Positions 57,001-64,000 of a stretch of 64,000 bases of DNA are shown piece after piece. Origin of the DNA: Torpedo marmorata (taxonomy: Eukaryota); contig OZ360241.1 in NCBI GenBank assembly GCA_977017645.1, forward strand, positions 34,410,001 to 34,474,000. The letters run 5' to 3'. A model generated the notes under the pieces. It was not told the DNA's origin. It was given only the letters and a program-made list of their open reading frames with translations, and did no database searches. Position 1 is the stretch's first letter, and the number at the start of each line of letters is the position of its first letter. The position numbers and the translations under genes were made by a program.

Positions 57001-60000
57001 CCTATTTGAGAGGACAAATTATTTCATATACTGCTAATATTAAGACGAAATCTAATAAGGAAAGGTCTGATTTAATTAACCAGATTAAATAAATTGACAT
57101 TCAATTTTCTCAAAATAAAAATCCGGATTTTTATAAGAGAAGAGTAGAGCTTAAAGCAAAATTTGATTTTCTATCTACTTATTCCATTGAACAACAATTG
57201 TTAAGAAGTAGAAGTTTATTTTATATTCATGGAGAAAAAACTAGTAAGTTACTAGCTGGACAATTGAAAGGAATTTCTGATAAAAAACAAATAAACAAGA
57301 TTAGGATGAAAGATGGGAAAATGTCAACAGATTATCTTAAAATAAATGAGACTTTTAAGGAATTTTATTCTAGCCTTTATAAATCAGAATTTGGTAATAA
57401 TATGACTTGATGTCGGAATTTTTGGATTGATTGAATCTTCCGGTGCTACCTCGGGATGAACGTGCAAGTTTGGAGAAACCTATTTCTCAAGAGGATATAG
57501 CCCTCGCTATTTTCTCGCTGCAGTCTGGTAAATCTCCAGGGCCAGACAGATTTCCTGTGGAATTTTATAAATATTTCTCCAAACAGCTTGTACCTCATCT
57601 GAGTGTGGTATTGGGTGACTCATTTAATGAGGGTAAGCTTCCCGTATCTTTTAATGAGGCCAGTATTTCCTTAATTCTTAAAAAGGGTAAAGAATTGACT
57701 GAATGCGCATCTTATAGACCCATTTCTTTACTTAATGTAGATATGAAGATTTTGTCTAAAGTATTAGCACATAGATTAGAAAATATTTTACCTTTAATTA
57801 TCGATTCAGATCAGACTGGATTTATTAAAAATAATTATTCATATTATAACATTAATAGATTGTTGAATATTTTATATTTACCTTCTACTCCGGCGACGGA
57901 ATGTGTTCTTTCACTAGATGCTGAAAAAGCATTTGATCGGGTGGAGTGGGAATATTTATTTGCTATTTTAGATAAATTTAATTTTGGTTTTGATTTTATT
58001 AAATGGAGTAAGTTATTATATTCTTGTCCTATGGCCTCAGTTTGATCTAATTTACAACAATCAGATATGTTTCGGCTTAATAGAGGAACCCGACAAGGTT
58101 GCCCGTTAAGTCCTTTGCTTTTTGATATAGTATTGGAACCTTTAGCTGTTGCTCTTCGACATTGCAGAGAATTTAAAGGTATAACAAGAAACGGAATTGA
58201 ACATAAAATATCTCTCTATGCAGATGATTTATTGTTATTTATTTCAAACCCTGAAGTCTCTATACCAAATATATTAACCCTATTTACTCAATTTAGACAA
58301 TTTTCAGGGTATAAATTAAACCTACAAAAGAGTGAACTATTGCCTTTAAAAGGACCTTATATTGGTTATTCTAATTTTCCGTTTAAAATAGTGAACGATC
58401 AATACCAATACTTAGGAATAACAATTACAAAAAACCATAAAAGTTTACTGAAAGAAAATTTTTGGGTATTAGTTAATAAGGTTAAATTACAATTAACGGG
58501 TTGGTCACCCTTATCAATTACAATGATGGGCGTATTAATTCGATTAAAATGAATATTTTGCCTAAATTTTTATATCTTTTCCAATCCTTACCAATTTTTA
58601 TTCCTAAAACCTTTTTTACTTCATTGGATTCAATTCTTTCTTCAAATATATGGCAGGGAAAACATCCACATATAAATAAATCCCATCTTCAAAAAATTAA
58701 AAGGAATGGAGGGTTATCACTTCCAGATTTTATATTTTATTATTGGGCGATTAAAATTCGTAATTTGCTTTTGTTATTGCATTTTGATAAGTTAGAGAAT
58801 CGCCCATCCTGGGTGGAAATGGAATTGAAGTTTTCAAAAAAAACATCTGTTAGCAATTTTAGGATACTTTTTACCATTTTCATTCGTTAAATTAACTCAT
58901 AATCCAGTATTGAGATATAGGTTGAGAATATGGGCACAGTTTAGAAATTTTTTTGGATTTAATAGCTTTTCTCTGGCTAGTCCTATTATAGATAATCACC
59001 TTTTACAGCTGTCTGTGATGGATGTAGGATTTAGGGAATGGTATAGATTGGGAATTCATAGTTTTAATGATCTTTTTATTCGAGATAGTTTTGCCACTTT
59101 CAAACAATTGGTCAATAAATTTAATCTTACTAATAGACATTTTTTTAGATACTTACAAATTAGACATTTTGTTCAGTCTAAGCTTTCAGATTTTTCTCGA
59201 ATTTTAAGTTCTAATTTTCTCGATTTACTTTTTAATATACGTTTTTTTTTTCCAAAGTGGATTAACGTCATGTATATATAATAATTTATTGGAAATCAGA
59301 GTAGCTTCTATGACGGGGATCAAGAATCAATGGGAACGTGATTTGAATGTTACATTTACAGATCAAGATTGGTATAATGCTCTTGATCTAATTAACGCCT
59401 CATTTTTTGTGCTAGACACTGTTTATTACAATTTAAAATGGTGCATAGAATTCATATGTCTAAACTTAAACTATCACGTTTTTACTCCGACATAGATCCA
59501 TTGTGTGAGAGATGTAAAATTTTTGAAGCTTCACTGATACATATGTTTTGGGAATGCCCCAATTTGGAGAGATTTTGGAAGGATATTTTTAAATCTTTAT
59601 CATTGATTTTTAAGATTAATATTGAACCATGTTCTATAATTGCTCTGTTTGGTATTTCACGTGAACTTAACATACCTTTGTCTGCATCACAGGAAAAAGT
59701 TTTAGCTTTTTCCACGTTGATTGCCAGACGAACAATTTTATTGAAATGGAAAGATGAGTTATCACCGATACATAGACAGTGGTTACTAGATGTAATGTCC
59801 TTTCTGAGTTTGGAGAAAATTAGATATGATATTAAAGATAGAAAGTTTCAATTTTTAAAGATCTGGGGGCCATTCATTGAATACTATCATGATTGGAAGA
59901 ATTAACAAAACTGACTATCCCGGGGACTCTCTGTCCAATGCTTGGAGGTCGCTACAGGATCCATACCTTTTTTTTTGTTGTTCTTTTCCTTCCTTTTTTC

Positions 60001-60352
60001 AACATCAAGGTAACCTTGCTTAGAGGGAGGGGTTAGAATAGATTAGTTATTAGTGTTTTTTTTTGTCTTCTTTTTTTCTTCCCTTTTATTTTATTTTCAA
60101 TTGGTTTTTTTTAAGATACCGGTAATTATACAAAACTAGTTTTAACCTATATTCAGAATTTAATTACGACAATTTACATAGTAGTTTTTTTTTACATATA
60201 CGTTTTTTGTTACAAAACCAAACCAGCAACGACAGAAGACGCAATGCAAAAGGGGTAAAATTGAAATTTATATTTATTAAAGACAATTAAACATATACCT
60301 TCACAACAATTAACCCCACTATAAACGTCTATAAACACTATTCTTATCTAAA

Positions 60353-60387
<35 letters not shown>

Positions 60388-63233
60388 GCCCAGACCATTA
60401 CAGTCTGTGCCAAACTCTCATGTAAAAATGAAAAAACTTTCCCCAAAAACCCCAGGTCAGTCATAAAAACAAGTCAGTCAAAAAAATATAATACAGTCCA
60501 CAAAAATTCACTCTCTAAGTTCAGGTTCCAAATTCAGCTCTGTGTGCTGGTAGAAGGACTTTTCAATGAACGTTGGAGAGAGACAATGACTGTTTATGCT
60601 TACGAATACTTGGCTTGTTTTTTTTCTTCTCTGATGACTTTTCCTTTGGGTAGAGATTCACGAGGATTGCGACTCCAAATCAGTATACCACTGATTGAGG
60701 CGTGTGCTTGGATCTCACAGCTGGTCTCGCTGATCTCACGCCTGTTCTCCACAAAAGTTGCTTTTAACTCAGGATTTCTCTGAGACAGGAGGCCATGTGC
60801 TATTCTTCCAGCCTTTTCTCTGGGATGCACAAGCCTGGATTTGGCTGTGTTCTCTAGCCTTTGCAACTCCAAACTGCCTGCTTTTTGCAGAGGTCTGCAC
60901 CTGCTTTTGCAAAAGTGCAGCAAAGTATCTTTTCCACAGCCTGTCTCTCTCTCTGCTCTCTCTCTCTCTCTCTCTCTGGGTACACCAAGTCCTGGGCAAG
61001 TTAACTCTTTCAGTACCTGGTCCCAGTGTGTACTCCAAAAGACTTCATCCTTCCTGATGACCGTCCGCAGTCCAAATGGTCAGTCATGGTTCATAACAGT
61101 ATGAATTCCAGCTGATTTTTTTGAATGTTTGTTTTAATTCTGTTACATGTTTATACATGTTTATTGTTGAAACACAATAAAAATATTTTAAAAAAAACTT
61201 CCTGTAACCTGACACTTTCACACTTCCAGAAAAAACTGAAACATCAATAAGTACAGAGGCGACGACTGTGGAAACCACGACAACCGCAGAGACCACAACT
61301 GCAGCAGAAACCTCAACTGTCGGCAGTTCGAGTGCTTCAACATCTGAAACTACATCTGCTCCAACAATGACAACAACTGCAAACACTGGTGAGTGTACTT
61401 GAAAGAGGAACAAGTTAGAAATACAATTCATTTTACGTCAAATAAAGCTGAAATAATTCAGATGCGATCTCGCAATGAACGTTGTGCTGATCTTTCAACC
61501 AAATTCGCACCAGAGTTGACAGAACGATTAATTTTCCCTCACCTCTGTTCATAAGGTTACTCAGCATCATTCAAAATGTATTTTCATGAAATAATCGTCT
61601 TCGAAGATGAAATTGCAATAATCAATCAATGCATTTTCTGAAACAATACTCACTATCTTCAAATTTACTGTCACCTGACACTTTCACACTTGCAGAAACA
61701 ACTGAAGCATCAACAAGTACAGAGGCAACTCCTGTTGCAACTACGACAATAGCACTTTCCACAACTGCAGCAGAAACCTCAACTGCAGGCAGTACAAGTG
61801 CTTTGACATCTGAAATTACATCTGCTCCAACAATGACGACAAATGCAACCACTGGTGAGTATTCTTGAAAGTGGAAAAATAAATTCAATTCATTTCATAT
61901 CCAATAAATCTGAAATAATTAAAATGCAATCAACCAACAAACAATTAGCGGATTCTGCAACAAAAATTGCACTGCAATTCGCAGCTTGAATTGGCCAGTA
62001 TTCAGTGTTCAGTAGCACACAGCGCATCATTCAAAAGGTAGCTTGAAGTAATCATGGCCTTTGACACGAAATTGGATAGAGAGATCAATGAGATTTCTGT
62101 ATAAACACTCACTATCTTCAAATTAATTGTAACCTGACACTTTCTCAGTTCCAGAAACAACTGAAGCATCAAGAAGTGTCGGTGAGACCACTGTTGCAAC
62201 TACGACTACAGCACACACCACAACTGCAGCAGAAACCTCAACTACAGGCAGTACGAGTGTTTCAACACCTGAAACTACATCTGCTCCAATAATGACACCA
62301 ACTGCAAGCAATGGTGAGTAATCTTGAAGGAGGAAAAGATATAAATTCAGTTAATTTCATGTCCAATGAATCTGAAATTATTCGGATACAATCACCGAAC
62401 ATGCAATTTGCTGATTTCTCAACCAGATTCTCACCAGTATTCACTGCAAAAGTAATGTTCCAGTATCCATTGTTAATAAAGTTACTCAGCATCGTTCAAA
62501 ATGTATTTTCATTAAATAATCGTCTTCCAAGATGAAATTGCATTGATAAATCAATGCAAATTTTGCAAAAGCACTTATTATCTTAAAACTCACTGTAAAC
62601 TGACACTTTCACACTTGCAGAAACAACTGAAGCATCAACAAGTACAGAGGCAACCCTTGTTGCAACTACGGCAAAAACACTCTCCACAACTGCAGCAGAA
62701 ACCTCAACTGCAGGCAGTACGAGTGCTTTGACATCTGAAATTACATCTGCTCCAACAATGACGACAACTGCAACCACTGGTGAGCATTCTTGAAAGTGGA
62801 AAAATAAATAAATTCAATTCATTTCATATCCAATAAATCTGACATAATTAAAATGCAATCAACCAACAAACAATTAGCTGATTCTCCAACAAAAATAGCA
62901 CTGCAATTCGCAGCAAGAATTGGGCAGTATTCCGTGTTCAGTGCATCATTCAAAAAGTATCTTGAAGTAATCATGGCCTTGTGACATGAAATTGGATTGA
63001 TAGATCAATGCGATTTCTGTAGAAAAACTCACTTTCTTTAAACTAAATGTAACCTGACACCATCACAATTCCAGAAACAACTAAAGTATCAACAAGTTCA
63101 GAGGCAACTACTGTTGCAACCACGACAACTGCAGTGAGTACAACTGCAGCAGAATCCTCAACTGCAGGCAGTACGAGTGCTTCGACATCTGAAACTTCAT
63201 CTACTCCAACAATGACAACAACTGCAAGCACTG
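32..63233 (+). CDS. Multi-exon mucin-like (PTS, Thr/Ser-rich) gene, internal part only; about 116 repeated coding exons
   Basis: Each ~450-bp unit has a branch-like CTGAC/CTAAC, a pyrimidine-rich ...CACTT(C/G)CAG acceptor, a stop-free exon (ETTEAS...SAPTMTTTATT) and a G|GTGAGT-type donor. Measured exons: 32-190, 498-656, 962-1114, 1371-1529, 1836-1991 and 63075-63233 (159/159/153/159/156/159 nt). Splicing rebuilds a G|AA Glu codon. One exon counted is 28/53 Ser+Thr and has no Cys. Confidence 0.88.
4082..4240 (+). CDS. Representative exon type A (53 codons): ETIEASKSVEATAVSTTTTAHTTTAAETSTAGSMSASTSETTSAPTMTTTANT
   Basis: ccag| at 4081 and |gtgagt at 4241; 159 nt, phase 1-1. Confidence 0.85.
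4547..4702 (+). CDS. Representative exon type B1 (52 codons): ETTKASSTEATTVATTTIALSTTAAETSNVGSTSALTSEITSAPTMTTTATT
   Basis: gcag| at 4546 and |gtgagt at 4703; 156 nt. Confidence 0.85.
5008..5166 (+). CDS. Representative exon type B2 (53 codons): ETTEASTSAEATTVATTTIALSTTAAGTSTAGSTSALTSEITSAPTMMTTATT
   Basis: ccag| at 5007 and variant donor |gtgaga at 5167; 159 nt. Confidence 0.82.
5468..5620 (+). CDS. Representative exon type C (51 codons), ending ...TPETTSAPTTKAST
   Basis: ccag| at 5467 and |gtgagt at 5621; 153 nt, with an in-frame 6-nt deletion relative to the 159-nt types. Confidence 0.85.
5877..6035 (+). CDS. Representative exon type D (53 codons): ETTETSISTEATNVETTTTAVTTNAAETSTVGSSSASTSETPSAPTMTTTANT
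   Basis: ccag| at 5876 and |gtgagt at 6036; 159 nt. Confidence 0.85.
6343..6498 (+). CDS. Representative exon type B3 (52 codons) with an N-T-T sequon: ETTEASSTKATPVANTTIALSTTAAETSTAGSTIALTSEITSAPTMTTTATT
   Basis: gcag| at 6342 and |gtgagt at 6499; 156 nt. Confidence 0.85.
37158..43390 (+). repeat. Recent tandem duplication of a 3224-bp 7-exon block
   Basis: Private variants repeat at exactly +3224: GTGGGT donors at 37343/40567, a VTTEP exon start, and an extra GA in the (GA)n run. ORF pairs 38081/41305 and 38965/42189. Confidence 0.93.
44253..44876 (+). pseudogene. C-terminal fragment of the Penelope polyprotein: linker (CTRRRCNTC) plus GIY-YIG endonuclease
   Basis: Motifs IPLILTYHP, FTCTS..LIYCIRC..C..LYIGETGRRLGDRFAEH, VSNHFN and RKLEEQHLIFRLDTLQPDGNN. 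The N-terminal 33 aa of the track ORF are host sequence. Confidence 0.88.
45061..45106 (+). ncRNA. Minimal type I hammerhead ribozyme-like motif of the Penelope pLTR (C3U variant)
   Basis: TTGATGA (45068-45074), A, GGGC-TCAA-GCCC stem II, GAAA (45088-45091), CGTC. Penelope-like elements are known to carry minimal hammerheads. Stem I pairing is weak here. Confidence 0.6.
48964..49457 (-). mobile_element. L1-clade LINE 3' fragment, copy 1 (tail, 3' UTR, last ~75 codons of ORF2)
   Basis: T-run and TTTATT (AATAAA on the minus strand) at the left end. Homologous to, but diverged from, 49458-49965. ORF2 stop at about 49228-49230. Confidence 0.8.
49458..50850 (-). mobile_element. L1-clade LINE 3' fragment, copy 2 (5'-truncated, ~1.4 kb)
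   Basis: Same tail, TTTTTTTAAAAAATATTTTATTTAAATTTTTAAATCAC, and an uninterrupted ORF2 C-terminus. Host intron resumes at about 50851. Confidence 0.85.
49741..50730 (-). pseudogene. C-terminal part of L1 ORF2 including the Cys/His zinc-binding (zf-RVT-like) region
   Basis: KWELDL...QYNFFHQLYLTP...CFRCKKEVGSFVHSTWLCPKIQDFW...LEKITY...FLKIWSPY. It parallels the ORF2 C-terminus at 59289-59905. Confidence 0.85.
53371..54220 (+). pseudogene. L1 ORF1 (coiled coil, RRM, CTD; Transposase_22-like), disrupted
   Basis: LEGRSRRQNIRILGVKEG, VDRAYRI, IRLVEDL, RRKF, YPAHLRI and FNSEEQA motifs. Probable ATG at 53371 is followed by a premature TAG near 53485. Confidence 0.88.
54861..55210. promoter_or_regulatory. 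Cluster of GCGCATGCGC (NRF1-type) palindromes in the L1 inter-ORF spacer
   Basis: Perfect cores at 54929-54940, 55036-55047 and 55199-55210; near matches at 55123-55134 and 54861-54872. Function is inferred only. Confidence 0.4.
56130..59905 (+). pseudogene. L1 ORF2 (APE endonuclease, reverse transcriptase, zinc-binding domain), broken by frameshifts and stops
   Basis: SWNIKGLN, FFQETH, NVYAPN, GGDFN, RIDYFL, SDH; KSPGPD, YRPISLLNVDMKIL, SLDAEKAFDRVEW, RGTRQGCPLSPLLF, YADD, YLGI; CERC..HMFWECP. These are spread over at least eight ORF pieces. Confidence 0.95.
60355..60384. repeat. (GT)15 microsatellite
   Basis: Direct reading. Confidence 0.95.
60944..60977. repeat. Interrupted (CT)n microsatellite
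   Basis: Direct reading. Confidence 0.9.
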
Positions 63234-63435
63234 GTGAGTATGCTTGAAAGAGGAAAAGATGTAAATTAAATTCATTTCATGTCCAATAAATCTGAAAAGA
63301 TTGAGATGTGATCCCCCAACAAGCAATTAGCTGATTTTCCAACTAAATTTGCATCAGAATTCACAGAAAGAAAAATGTTCCAGTATCCAATGTTCATAAG
63401 GTTAATCAGCATAATTCAAAATGTATTTTCATGAC

Positions 63436-64000
63436 TGTTGTGTTTGGAAAGTATCAGGTTCGGTGGGTTCACAGAGAGACGAGTCTGGACAAAAGTGTTA
63501 CAATCAAAGGTAACTTTATTGAACACATGGGATACAAACAGGGGAAGACGTCATACAAAACTTAATTTCTCTGCTACTAAATAACTACCGTATATAGACA
63601 TTCACATCGTACACATGTTGGACTCCGATACCAGTGGCCGTCTATCTTCCACACAATACGAGACAAAAACTGTAAAGGTACAAGCAGGCACATGAGCCAC
63701 AAGGGAATCCGATACCAGTGGCTGCTTACCCTACCACACTCTCCTGCATGTGTACACACTTTACAGACAGGCACTTTCAAACACATTCCGGATTCCCTGT
63801 ACCAACGGGGGTGGGGCTCTCTGAAAGCACTGATCTATTGCAGTACCACGGCTCAACTCAGTGTAGTGCACACCTTACCCGCGACTCCTCCAGCAATGTC
63901 CACAGAGGCAAACTGGCGTGGAGCGATGTTCGTGACTTGGAGGAAGAGGTAGAGAGAAAGAAATCGCAGGCATTTAAGTCCGGAGATCCAGATCAGTACA
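63436..64000 (-). mobile_element. Non-array insertion, probably LTR-like, truncated by the window edge
   Basis: Host intron homology stops abruptly after AAATGTATTTTCATGAC. New sequence starts TGTTGTG and has CTTTATT about 80 nt in, plus a 15-bp direct repeat TCCGATACCAGTGGC (63624-63638 and 63708-63722). Confidence 0.45.

Larger units (their letters stand above)
60208..61098 (-). mobile_element. Solo-LTR-like element nested in the L1 3' UTR
   Basis: TGTTA...TAACA ends with imperfect inverted termini (TGTTACAAAACCA versus the reverse complement TGTTATGAACCA), a compositional switch from T-rich to A-rich, and TTTATT near the left end. No clean TSD seen. Confidence 0.6.
53211..61194 (+). mobile_element. 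Full-length but decayed L1-clade LINE inside an intron (about 8.0 kb including a nested insert)
   Basis: 9-bp TSD AAACTTCCT (53202-53210 and 61195-61203) at a TTT/AAA endonuclease-type site. Contains ORF1, a long spacer, ORF2, AATAAA at 61176-61181 and a short A tail. Confidence 0.93.
1..63435 (+). repeat. Tandem array of ~410-465-bp exon+intron monomers (four homologous intron families), interrupted by transposons beyond 44 kb
   Basis: Direct repetition throughout. All intron types share the blocks TTGAAA, CAATAAATCTGAAATAAT-like, GCATCATT(C/A)AAAA and ACTCACTATCTT-like. Measured introns are 307, 305 and 256 nt. Confidence 0.98.

Noticed and set aside
60355-61104. ORFs in the LTR-like insert
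   Set aside because: They are driven by microsatellites and have no gag, pol or env motifs.
431-61868. Short + strand ORFs (MHFLKQY...TGEYS, MTQSF...TGECT) as stand-alone genes
   Set aside because: They are single exons extended into intron sequence. They occur for only some monomer types and have no signal peptide.
941-62731. Gln-rich ORFs (QKQLKHQQVQRRP...)
   Set aside because: These are an alternative frame of the same exons and are broken by stops in several copies.
6-63231. About 116 minus-strand Val/Ala-rich ORFs resembling small membrane proteins
   Set aside because: They are antisense shadows of ACN/GCN/TCN codons. Splice signals and frame-preserving boundaries are on the + strand, and many begin at non-ATG starts.
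32-63233. Mutually exclusive Dscam-like exon cluster
   Set aside because: Introns are long enough for consecutive splicing, I saw no docking/selector pairing, and concatenation gives a coherent mucin-type repeat. It is not formally excluded without transcripts.

Overview
Eukaryotic genomic DNA, most likely vertebrate; the transposon flavour tentatively suggests a cartilaginous fish. Almost the whole window is the interior of one giant + strand mucin-like gene. Its Thr/Ser/Ala/Glu-rich domain is encoded not by one large exon but by about 116 tandem ~450-bp exon+intron units (counted by hand). The exons I measured are 153, 156 or 159 nt, symmetric phase 1-1, with ...cag| acceptors and G|GTGAGT donors, giving roughly 6,000 aa of PTS-type sequence. 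The units form satellite-like higher-order repeats: a homogeneous 2711-bp 6-exon HOR in the core, 5- and 7-exon derivatives, and an older ~1.8-kb 4-exon HOR in the diverged flanks. The right flank carries four intronic insertions: a Penelope-like fragment with a hammerhead motif and 13-bp TSD, a tandem pair of L1 3' ends that replaced one exon, a full-length decayed L1 (9-bp TSD) with a nested solo-LTR-like element, and an LTR-like element running off the window. No start codon, terminal exon or globular domain lies in the window, so the gene cannot be named.
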